Of a DNA stretch of 64,000 bases, positions 51,101 through 58,851 are shown one piece after another. A model generated the notes under the pieces. It was not told where the DNA came from. It worked only from the letters and a program-made list of their open reading frames with translations, and did not search any database. Made by a program: the position numbers and the translations under genes. This DNA comes from a virus. The number at the start of each line of letters is the position of its first letter. Positions within the stretch are counted from its first letter, which is position 1. The DNA is taken from the IMG/VR virus record IMGVR_UViG_3300043184_000020; one strand, 5' to 3'.

Positions 51101-52142
51101 ACATCAAGAAGCTGGAGAGGTTATCAGAGATAACGTCGTTGATAGCAAGTCCTTCACCAGACGCGTCGAAGTCTCTGAGGTCTACCGTGTGAACCGCTTG
51201 CGATACGGTACATGCAGCGGAAGATAGGTTAGAGCTGAAAGCTGATTCTAAGGTATAAGAGGTCTGAGAAGAGATCGAAGCGATCCTACGAGCCTCGGTT
51301 CCGGAGCGAACGATGTCACCAGCTTTAACCGTAAAGGTCGGAGCTGCGGACATGGTAGCTGCGGTACCAGTAGTGCTGACAGTCTTAGTAGCGTCGTAAG
51401 CAAGTCTGAAGTATTCGGAAACGACTGAGTACAGGCTTCCGTCGGTGAAGCCAGCGGTTTGGTTGACCGCATCGACGTCAGAGAAGTCTTCTCCGAAGCT
51501 AGCCTTGAAACGAAGGGTTCCGAGATCATCCCCGAGACCAGACCCAGAAGTTGAAGAACCGCCACCAGCTCCTGCGCCGAAACGATAGATCTGTGCGTTC
51601 TCGATGATGTTGGTAACCGAACCTGCGGTCTTAAAAAAGCCTGACGAGTTCGTACACTCAAGATCGATGTAACCAAGCGGGATTCCAGAAGAAGCGAACA
51701 GGCTGCCAGCGTTAGCTAGTGCGCCTTGAGTTGCTGCTTCAGCTGAGAAGATGACTTGAATCTTGCCGGAGCCGATCAGGCTGAAACCTGCTCTTCGGAA
51801 CTGTCCCACGGTGTTTGACACCGGCCAGGTGATTACGAAGTCGGCTACGTTAGATAGTGCTTGAGTTTGAAAGTTGATGAAAGCGCCGGAGAGTGCGGTG
51901 AACACCTGCTTCTTGACGGGAGAAGCTACTCGCTTAGCTCCGTCGGCTACGGTGATCTGAGAGTCAGCAAAGTTGAGTCTGGCGTCTGCGGTAGGGAAAG
52001 ATGCGTGTAGGCGTAGAGGTGCTTCAACCTCCAGCGCGATCTTAGCGTTTAGATCGGACTGGACAGTACCGGCCACAGCTCCGAGTTGTTTCAGAGCTGA
52101 ACGGTTGATAACTTGCCTTGAAGCTGGTCTGGTTAATGGCAT
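48165..52142 (-). CDS. tail fibre / receptor-binding protein, paralog C with long N-terminal extension
   Basis: 1325 aa; the C-terminal part (about 760 aa) is collinear with paralogs A and B. Confidence 0.65.
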   Translation of the reverse strand: MPLTRPASRQVINRSALKQLGAVAGTVQSDLNAKIALEVEAPLRLHASFPTADARLNFADSQITVADGAKRVASPVKKQVFTALSGAFINFQTQALSNVADFVITWPVSNTVGQFRRAGFSLIGSGKIQVIFSAEAATQGALANAGSLFASSGIPLGYIDLECTNSSGFFKTAGSVTNIIENAQIYRFGAGAGGGSSTSGSGLGDDLGTLRFKASFGEDFSDVDAVNQTAGFTDGSLYSVVSEYFRLAYDATKTVSTTGTAATMSAAPTFTVKAGDIVRSGTEARRIASISSQTSYTLESAFSSNLSSAACTVSQAVHTVDLRDFDASGEGLAINDVISDNLSSFLMFYRDSEADGDIIFDEGVTPLVAYQASADNSTFSSVLTRVTDLTTDESIQSVPVAGSQARFRFFSNKSSGSGFVNLLDYKVFLHEEAFATSGDVLNQAYCLTDGSGTELNCSVSSSSGKTRVQLSWSYPVGISAGQAQGSLEVYLDGKLLPRFVDSTITADAYYVEVSDSVIELDSDYSGLGLSLLIKRTVGVIDNTSVNASNISSLQQLMIASGIDGLVDQSATVAVPFTAIVNRRRIPDLANNLSARMGVRRVHVNQIALVQDEFGAQGEAVWKPVNDNTDQIRFVGTWSTFAGATGQRAGTVSTINDYVEVTFYGTGLNALMGLDSTTRDYRVSVDGGAEGANINPASISGVLYNRNYSANTIVPITSNLALGLHTVKIRSNSANGMYFYGFEILNESANINVRPGSAFASGRKVALASAQNISPSATFDSITREGASVGTLGARGARVVTYLKSDGTIGKSAYAVNSAQGNLGSADHTYEEVLRSYNPREFGAGRSDDFSAGTSVINRAFTLEDGTTSLAATNAGTSILFSGAEGIYLSNTTDSLMITFVGTGLDYVIEDYETNARLEIIVDGVSVGTRGAPSALDRAIQYKAVSGLPYGTHTVRIRNASLSGGTFDSGSISRLIVYQPRKPSIPAGAIELADYNVMADFVANSTSGLGTMGTGVLRKYPVREFFYQGGWSMSSVAPQNYSGGFTPAGGSVANGSFAQLPFFGTGFEFRFYTDPSYSSNNLITINGLAATTANFPTATFSVTSPATFNSATGVLSQSATNGPERTLRVSGLPLGFYTFRATQNSGGTAVMDVAALDVITPVHSPLSEEPFDISNTLPVGSIGIRDTRKTSILDLQEQRKFRAVSYGLTNPSTSSTSFVPVPNTQIIIPSKGGWFEADFLTGAYSTVANGAAYIRFTVNGSPVGQPTYTQPPSIGSVIQFTHKAVFYLPPGVHHLQVQFRTSTGTLQFTSNVDDSSATRQLTVKEL
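49134..49214. repeat. 81-bp perfect repeat, copy 2 (in fibre paralog C)
   Basis: Identical to 46374..46454; encodes the YQPRKPSIPAGAIELADYNVMADFVAN segment. Confidence 0.95.
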
Positions 52143-52170
52143 CTTCTTATCCTATTCTTATTCTTACCTT

Positions 52171-52200
52171 ATATTACCACGTAGGGTCAAGAGCTTTCAA
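52171..52200 (-). promoter_or_regulatory. promoter, TTGAAA-N18 with extended -10 TGgTAATAT
   Basis: Upstream of fibre paralog C. Confidence 0.5.
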
Positions 52201-52500
52201 CTAAGCGCCTCTGTCAACGCGGAATCGGTAACGATCGTTTACCTCTAGGTTAAAAGTGAACTGAATCTGAGTTCTGGGGGGGCTTCCGACGTAGACGTAG
52301 TCTTCGACCGGTGTCGCTCGGACCCCGTTCAGATACACTTCAAGCTCGTCATCTTCGTAGGTTTGTCCACCAGGTAGCGTTATGTTGGTACCAGCAGTGA
52401 TAGGAGAAGCTACGTCAACGAACTGGTCATAGATCGCTGGGTTGCCTGACTCCTCAAAACTGCGTAGGATACCGTTGACTATCCTGGTAAACTTTGCCAT
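52201..52500 (-). CDS. small fibre-domain protein
   Basis: 99 aa; ITAGTNITLP...LEVYLNGV...FNLEVNDRYRFRV matches a domain inside the 778-aa protein (ITAGTNISLP...LEVFLNGV...VDLEVDDELTFRL). Confidence 0.5.
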   Translation of the reverse strand: MAKFTRIVNGILRSFEESGNPAIYDQFVDVASPITAGTNITLPGGQTYEDDELEVYLNGVRATPVEDYVYVGSPPRTQIQFTFNLEVNDRYRFRVDRGA

Positions 52501-52507
52501 TCAAACC

Positions 52508-54307
52508 TTAGTTTACACCAACTACGTTGGGTTGGACAAGGATGCGGGTGGTAGTTTCTACCATACCAACTCGGGTTACCGCATGGTTAGCCGTAGAAGG
52601 TGCGGTTACCGAGAATGCTCCCGAAGCCGTCAAGAACACTGGTTTACCGATGTCAGCGGCTAGGAACGCGGAGTCGCTAGATCCAAGGTCATGAGATCCT
52701 AGGAGGGTTACGGTAACCGAATCTCCAGCGTTTACGGCTACCGTAGACATCACCACGCCGACAACGTAGAAGTTGTCAGCCGAGGTTGCGTCCCTGTCAG
52801 CCTTGTACACGCGTCCAGCAGATTCGCCGCTTCGGGCCATCCTGACCAAAAAGGTCGTGTTGGCCGCCATGGATTCACCTGCGAGCATGTTCTTACGAAC
52901 GGCTGGTGCTCTCTGAACCGCAAGCGCGGTGCCAGCTCCACCTGTAATAGTTGACTGATCTGCTACGTTGCTGTTAAGCTTGTCAGCGTTTACCGCACCG
53001 TTCTGGATCTTGGCCGTGATGACCGAATCCGTAGCAAGATGAGTAGAACCGATGCCGAGAGCTTTAACTCGAAGCGCGTTCGCGTTTCGCTCGATCGTAG
53101 CGTCATCAACCTGAACAGCTAGGCCTGAAGCTCCGGAAGCGATTGCTCCAGCGGCGTCAAGCTTAGCTTTAAGCTCGTTAGAGCCGTTGATCTCAAGAGT
53201 TGGGTTAGAAGCTTCGAGCTTGATCCTGAGCTGACCGCCAGCGTTGCCTGGGTTGGTAGACTCAAGGCCTGACACGGAAGCAAGATCGATAGTGATGGTC
53301 GATCCGCTGACGGTGATCATGTCACCGCCGATCAAGCTTGCGATCGGGTTGTAGAAGTCAAACAGGATAGGGTCAGTGCCGAGAGTAGCTACTGCGCCGT
53401 ACTGAACGTATACGCGTCCTTTGTTGACGGTACCGTTCTGAACAGGAACCCAAGCTCCGTTGATCTCGTCGATAGGAGACAGACTGTCGAAGTCCGTAGC
53501 GCGAGTCCACGCTCCAGCTGCTACGACGTAGATACCGTTCTGAGAGGTTGTGGATTGATCCTTAACGAGAACTCGATCCCCTGCGATGACCGACTCTCCG
53601 TCGATAGTCTGAGTACCTGAAAGAGTGATGTTTCCAGTGGTAGCAGCTCGAACACCTTTCTTAGGAGCGAGTCCAAGGGCAACGGCATCGACGTAAGCTT
53701 TGGTGGCCGCGTCTTGTGCGGCTGTGGGGTCTGCCACGCTGGTAAGCTTAAATCCACCGAGAGACTGATCTGCCGTGAAAGCTACCGAACCATCACGTTG
53801 AATCGCTGTAGCAACCAAGCCAAGGTTGACGTCTGCGTCCGGCATGGTGATGGTGCGGACTGTAGAAGCTGAGATGGCCGAAGCTTGGAAAGCGATCTTC
53901 TTAGAAGGTGTGGCGTCGTCGCTGATGCGGAACACGTTATCCGCGAAGTCGGTTCCACCAGCGCTGGCGAGAGCTGTATCGATAGCTTCGAGGTGGGCTC
54001 GAACATGGTTCTGAGCGGGAGTATAGTTAGTAGGGGTGGTGCCGATACCGATGCGCTCTGCGCCCATGGTGCCAGAGATCGATCCAAGCTCAGTCTCGGT
54101 AAAGTAGCGACCATCGTGCGTGTGGTACGTAGCGTCGACGTCTGAGCCGTTCTGAAGAGCGATCAGACGATCCAGGATAGTTTTCGTAAGCTCCGTAGGA
54201 GTCGAGGTACCAACCTTGAGGCTTCCGACTACCAGAGTATTCTGGGATATGTCGATGTTGCGTTGGACGCCATCGACTAATCTTGAGATTAGAGAAATAT
54301 CAGCCAT
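52508..54307 (-). CDS. tail fibre protein
   Basis: THDGRY and AAQDAATKAYVDA motifs, recalled from memory as common in phage fibre shafts; Gly/Ala/Thr/Ser-rich beta composition. Confidence 0.6.
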   Translation of the reverse strand: MADISLISRLVDGVQRNIDISQNTLVVGSLKVGTSTPTELTKTILDRLIALQNGSDVDATYHTHDGRYFTETELGSISGTMGAERIGIGTTPTNYTPAQNHVRAHLEAIDTALASAGGTDFADNVFRISDDATPSKKIAFQASAISASTVRTITMPDADVNLGLVATAIQRDGSVAFTADQSLGGFKLTSVADPTAAQDAATKAYVDAVALGLAPKKGVRAATTGNITLSGTQTIDGESVIAGDRVLVKDQSTTSQNGIYVVAAGAWTRATDFDSLSPIDEINGAWVPVQNGTVNKGRVYVQYGAVATLGTDPILFDFYNPIASLIGGDMITVSGSTITIDLASVSGLESTNPGNAGGQLRIKLEASNPTLEINGSNELKAKLDAAGAIASGASGLAVQVDDATIERNANALRVKALGIGSTHLATDSVITAKIQNGAVNADKLNSNVADQSTITGGAGTALAVQRAPAVRKNMLAGESMAANTTFLVRMARSGESAGRVYKADRDATSADNFYVVGVVMSTVAVNAGDSVTVTLLGSHDLGSSDSAFLAADIGKPVFLTASGAFSVTAPSTANHAVTRVGMVETTTRILVQPNVVGVN

Positions 54308-54313
54308 TGTAAA

Positions 54314-54541
54314 TTACCCCTGCTTCTTACGAGTTGCCTTCTTCTTAGAAGGTTTCTGAAGTTCATGTTCAAGGACCAGCTGCATCTTAGCTGACATCCC
54401 GTAAACCTTAAGGAAAGCGTTAGCTTTCTCTACGGCTTCGTCTGCGATAGTTCGCATTCGTTTACCAATTTGCTCGGCTAAAACGTCCACCTGATCTGCG
54501 CTCATCTTGGTCACATCAAGCTTCTTTTCTCGCTGAATCAT
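54314..54541 (-). CDS. hypothetical protein
   Basis: 75-aa helical ORF with AGGAAGG RBS. Confidence 0.45.
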   Translation of the reverse strand: MIQREKKLDVTKMSADQVDVLAEQIGKRMRTIADEAVEKANAFLKVYGMSAKMQLVLEHELQKPSKKKATRKKQG

Positions 54542-54565
54542 AGTATACCTTCCTAACCCTTATCC

Positions 54566-56902
54566 TTACAGCTGCCCAACTACCTGTACGTTCACGATCA
54601 GATTCTTCTGAGTCGGAACGGCAGGGTCCCGCGAGACTACCCCAATCCTAATTACGAAGTCACCAGCTACGAAGCTGTTCACGCCGATAGACGGCTTGGT
54701 GGCTGTTAGGTTTCCGGCCTTGTCGACGTACAGCACGTCGCCGTTGTTAAATCCTGACACGTTAAGTACGATACCTGAGACGGTTACGCTACCTTGAGCT
54801 GCGTTGGCGATGCCGTCTGTTACGACGCCTACCGTACCGATGCAGTCGGCCTCTACAGCTACGTCAACAGTATCCAAGAACCCGTTACTGTCAATACGAA
54901 CTGGAGTAAGCTTTGGAAGGTTTCCGCCTGACTGGTTTTCGAGAGTCAAAGCGTTAGCAGCCGAAGAGCCGCCGCCAGAGATAGCGGTAGACACGTTCGT
55001 GATGCTTGAGCCGTTCTTCTTGTACATCAGGTCGCCAGCAGCGTTAACGTACAGGCCGTCTTGGGCTGGAAGCGGGTCGGACGACTCTCGAGTGAACGTG
55101 ATACCTTTCGGGTCGATGACGCCAGATACGTCCATGTCACCGTTAACTTTTAGTAGTTTTCCAGAAGGGCCGCTGATCTCAACTGGGTTACCAGCAGTGA
55201 CCGTGATGGTACGACCAATGTTGTAAGCGTCTTGTAAAGATCCAGAGCCGCTGCCAGAAGCAAAACCTCCGGCGGTGTCGAGTCGGAACGTAAGTTCGTC
55301 GTCAACCTCTAGGTCAACTTGAATCTGAATGGTGCTTGACGAAGCTCCAGAAAGTCCGACAGGAGTCCAGTCGATACCTTCAAACAGGTACACACCGTTC
55401 AAGAAGACTTCAAGATCTCCTCGACCTACGATGTAGACTTGAGTCGTGTTGCTGTCTCTAGAGTCTAGCGGAAGAGAGATGTTAGTTCCGGCGGTGATCG
55501 GGCCAGTAACTTCGTTATCGTTGGCAGGTGCGCCGCTGACTACCAGAAGACGCTCGTCGTAGACGTTACCGGCAAGGATGGCTGCCAAGTAGTTAAGGTC
55601 GTCAGAGATCGCGCTGATCGCGGTGACCAGCGAGTCAGAGATCGTGAAGGTAGAAGGAAGAAGTACGCTTGGGACCGAGGTATAAGGAACTGAGGTTGCG
55701 GTCTCTGGATCAAATCCTAAAAACTCTCTCAGAACTTCGGTCATCTCGTCGCTGATCTGATGCGATTCTCCAGCTTCAAGCTCACCAAGGCCGCGAACGT
55801 AGATACGGCTACCAGCGTCGCGGAAAGCAAGCCAGTACACGTTATCGTTGTTCGGTACGGAACCGCGAGGAGTAATTCTGTAGTTCAGCGAAGTTACGCC
55901 TACAGAGTCGTAGGTGACGTTCGCTAGCGGATCGGGAAGCTCGACCCACAGCACGTTGTCTGCAGGGATCGTGATCGCACCAGCTGCTTGCTGGCGGGTA
56001 AGAGATAGTACGTTGGTAGAGTTGAAGAGTCTGATATACGCGAGGACATCGCTATCAAGCGGAGTTCCTGAGTCATCGCTGATGCTGAGCTGAGTACCAG
56101 ACCAGCTGAATCGAGCAGACGAGGTGGCGGCAGTAATGACGCTTAGACCTACGTTTTGAAAGATCCCGCTAAGAGTTACCGGAGCAAGCTCGAACCAGTA
56201 TGCAGTGCCTTTGATCTCACGGATAGAGTCCATGAGAGCTGCGTTCATCTGTCTCTGATTCTTGATGTCCTTATCAGCTCCTGAGAACTGCGTGTTAGCG
56301 GGTTCTGTGCGAGAGGACCAAGAATATCCAGAAAGCGGGTTTGAACCGCTGCCCAAGCGATATAGAAGATCTCTAGAGTCACGAATCGCGGTGATGACTC
56401 CGGAGCCGTTGACGTCGACTTCACAAACCTTAACCTTGTCTGGATCTCCAGAGAAGTTAGAGGTCGAGATGCTCAACTCTGCTTTAAGATATGTAAAAGT
56501 GTCGACGATCTGAGAGAACTCTGCACCAGCACCGCCAGCCGCAGTTGGGTCCCAGAAAGCTCGAGAATCTGCTCCGCCTGTGTCCTGATCGAGCGTGATC
56601 TCTACGTAGTTCGTAGTTCCAGGAGAGAGGCTTGTGGTTTGAAGGGCTGCAAGAGAGGGTGCTCCAACAAACAGTGCGCCGTCGTCTGCGCCTACGAGAC
56701 AGGCAGCGTCTGCTACAGCTACCGATAGAGTATTGGTACCGATGCCGGTGGCGAGAAAGCCTTCGACTACGAAGTTGGCGGAAGCCTGTGTCTTCTTTAG
56801 GATTTGTTTGAGATCTGCGCAAACGAAGTCCTCGATCCGTTTAAAATCCGGAAGGTCAAGTCTCTCGTTTGGAAGTATCCTAACTCGTTGGAGTAATGCC
56901 AT
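54566..56902 (-). CDS. tail fibre-like structural protein
   Basis: 778 aa; shares the leader and extended -10 signals with the fibre paralogs and a domain with the 99-aa ORF. Confidence 0.55.
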   Translation of the reverse strand: MALLQRVRILPNERLDLPDFKRIEDFVCADLKQILKKTQASANFVVEGFLATGIGTNTLSVAVADAACLVGADDGALFVGAPSLAALQTTSLSPGTTNYVEITLDQDTGGADSRAFWDPTAAGGAGAEFSQIVDTFTYLKAELSISTSNFSGDPDKVKVCEVDVNGSGVITAIRDSRDLLYRLGSGSNPLSGYSWSSRTEPANTQFSGADKDIKNQRQMNAALMDSIREIKGTAYWFELAPVTLSGIFQNVGLSVITAATSSARFSWSGTQLSISDDSGTPLDSDVLAYIRLFNSTNVLSLTRQQAAGAITIPADNVLWVELPDPLANVTYDSVGVTSLNYRITPRGSVPNNDNVYWLAFRDAGSRIYVRGLGELEAGESHQISDEMTEVLREFLGFDPETATSVPYTSVPSVLLPSTFTISDSLVTAISAISDDLNYLAAILAGNVYDERLLVVSGAPANDNEVTGPITAGTNISLPLDSRDSNTTQVYIVGRGDLEVFLNGVYLFEGIDWTPVGLSGASSSTIQIQVDLEVDDELTFRLDTAGGFASGSGSGSLQDAYNIGRTITVTAGNPVEISGPSGKLLKVNGDMDVSGVIDPKGITFTRESSDPLPAQDGLYVNAAGDLMYKKNGSSITNVSTAISGGGSSAANALTLENQSGGNLPKLTPVRIDSNGFLDTVDVAVEADCIGTVGVVTDGIANAAQGSVTVSGIVLNVSGFNNGDVLYVDKAGNLTATKPSIGVNSFVAGDFVIRIGVVSRDPAVPTQKNLIVNVQVVGQL

Positions 56903-56931
56903 CTTCTTATACCTTATTCTTCTCTAGGTCG

Positions 56932-56940
56932 ATTTTACCA
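56932..56940 (-). promoter_or_regulatory. extended -10, TGgTAAAAT
   Basis: Upstream of the 778-aa fibre-like gene. Confidence 0.45.
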
Positions 56941-56955
56941 CAGGTCGACCTTAGG

Positions 56956-58842
56956 TTAAAACACCAGCGGTCCTTGTCCGGTCCTTGCACCTTGGTAGCT
57001 TGCAAGCTCAGGAGGTCCGCAGTCTCTGCACACGCATTCAAAAAGAGCTTCTGGGAAAGCTATGATGAAACGGATCACTACGCCAGCGGCTAGAAGCTGT
57101 CTTATGAGCTTCTGAGCGGCTGCCCGAGCTTCCTCAGTTCCTACGACGTACACTGGGTAATCGGCTCCCGTAGCCCTAGGAATCGTGGGTTGATCAGAGA
57201 TCAGGTTTACTTTCCTACCAGCGACGTGTTGATTCTGAAACGTGTAGCTGGCGTCGATAAGTAAAGTTGAGTTATTTGGTCTAGCGTTGTACTGAATCGG
57301 GCCTTCCTGCTCACTTCGTCCGAAGTTCAGCAATATCTTTCCGGGCTGGTTTGGAAAGCTTGCGGCGTTCGATAAAGAGATGCTGGGTTGAATAGAACCC
57401 GCTGAGATGTTCGAGGCTAGCTCTGTACTCGTACCGGTTACCGTAAACAGCTGTCCCACCGGATCAAAGATGTAAGCCGAGGGGTAGTTAGACAGGATCA
57501 GGTCTGGGTCTTCTTGAAGTGAGGTTGCGAAGGCTAGCAAGGTGTTAGCCGTGCCTCCTGTGATCTGATACTCTGCGGCTCCTGCAGAAGTTCGAAGTCC
57601 TACAGTCTTGTACTGATCACGAGTAGCGGTGAACGCTTCCAGGAATGGAACCTGAGCGTTGATGACGTCAACGATCTCTTCGGCAAGAACTCGAGTAGGA
57701 TCTGCGAAGTCTGATGCGTGGTTAAAGTTTACAGTAAACGGTGAACTATCAACCGTGAGGGTAAGGGTAGAAGTTGGCCCTAGGGTCGAGAAGTCAAAAA
57801 CTTCTTCCGAAGAGAAGATCTCTGTCTTAGTCTGCTTAGGGTGCGCCGAGCCAAGTAGCGATCGTCTGAGAACTGGAACAGAGCTTGGGATCTTTACCAC
57901 GATCTCGTTCGGGTTAACCTCAAACACCGAGCATCGAACGTCTGTCTGCTTGGTCAGAGAGAAGTTCAATCTTGCTGGGCTGTTAGCATCGCCTCCGGTG
58001 ACCTGGATAGCTCCTAGAAGACCTGCGGTGTTAGTACGGATGTTCAAGCGGTTACCAGCGATAGGATCTAGGTACTTACTTGCCGTGATGAACTTAGAGT
58101 GTTCGGGGCTTGCGTTGATAAACGCTACGAGTTCGTCTACGGTTACGGCAGTGATGTTGGCGAAAGCGTTTGGTGTAAATCGTATGGTACGTTCTTCTCT
58201 AGAATCTGAAGAGTAGGAAAGCTCTCTGATGACTCCTTTTGACACGGCTACGTTGACAGCTACGGGGCTGTTCCATGGCGTGCTAAGTTCTAGAAGAGTG
58301 TTGTTGAAGATCGCCGAAACTTTCTGATAGGTGTATCCGGACGCCGTGGCTACCTTGATGTAGTCGCCTGGGTTCAGTTCCGTAGTAAACGAAGTCCCTA
58401 CGCCTTTTACGCGGTTGTCGCCTTTCACGAAAGAAGCGGTTCCAGTCAGTACGGACGCGGGACCAAAGTTGTAAGTCTCTACGTTGCCGCTGTTCACGTT
58501 AGGTCTGGTAAACCCCTGACCCCAGAACACGTCAAGCAAGGCGATGATAGTCTGACGAACTTGTTTCGGAAAGAAGGACAGAACAGGAATCAAATTCCTG
58601 AAGTCATCGTCGCCTAAGCCTAAATCTGGATCTCTGGGAACGCCTACGTTGTTGCCGAGATAGTCTAGGTATCGACCTTCAGCTTCGTCTACGAACAGCT
58701 GAGACTTAGTATTCTTGATCTGAATGTCAATCTCGTCGTCGGACAGACCCCAAGCCTGGAGTAGTCCTCGGATCATAGTGTTCGTTTCGGCCTTGTAGAA
58801 CCCCGGAAGAGTTCTAGCCATGCGTTCAAACTTTGATGGCAT
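56956..58842 (-). CDS. baseplate/tail structural protein
   Basis: 628 aa; shares modules of about 65 aa and 55 aa with the adjacent baseplate-J-like giant protein. Confidence 0.5.
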   Translation of the reverse strand: MPSKFERMARTLPGFYKAETNTMIRGLLQAWGLSDDEIDIQIKNTKSQLFVDEAEGRYLDYLGNNVGVPRDPDLGLGDDDFRNLIPVLSFFPKQVRQTIIALLDVFWGQGFTRPNVNSGNVETYNFGPASVLTGTASFVKGDNRVKGVGTSFTTELNPGDYIKVATASGYTYQKVSAIFNNTLLELSTPWNSPVAVNVAVSKGVIRELSYSSDSREERTIRFTPNAFANITAVTVDELVAFINASPEHSKFITASKYLDPIAGNRLNIRTNTAGLLGAIQVTGGDANSPARLNFSLTKQTDVRCSVFEVNPNEIVVKIPSSVPVLRRSLLGSAHPKQTKTEIFSSEEVFDFSTLGPTSTLTLTVDSSPFTVNFNHASDFADPTRVLAEEIVDVINAQVPFLEAFTATRDQYKTVGLRTSAGAAEYQITGGTANTLLAFATSLQEDPDLILSNYPSAYIFDPVGQLFTVTGTSTELASNISAGSIQPSISLSNAASFPNQPGKILLNFGRSEQEGPIQYNARPNNSTLLIDASYTFQNQHVAGRKVNLISDQPTIPRATGADYPVYVVGTEEARAAAQKLIRQLLAAGVVIRFIIAFPEALFECVCRDCGPPELASYQGARTGQGPLVF

Positions 58843-58851
58843 TACTCCTCC

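Noticed and set aside
52920-52936. Minus-strand TGGCACcgcgcTTGCG sigma54-type match inside the fibre gene 52508..54307
   Set aside because: It is an isolated intragenic hit with no downstream start codon or companion repeats. It is kept separate from the early-region cluster as a probable chance match.
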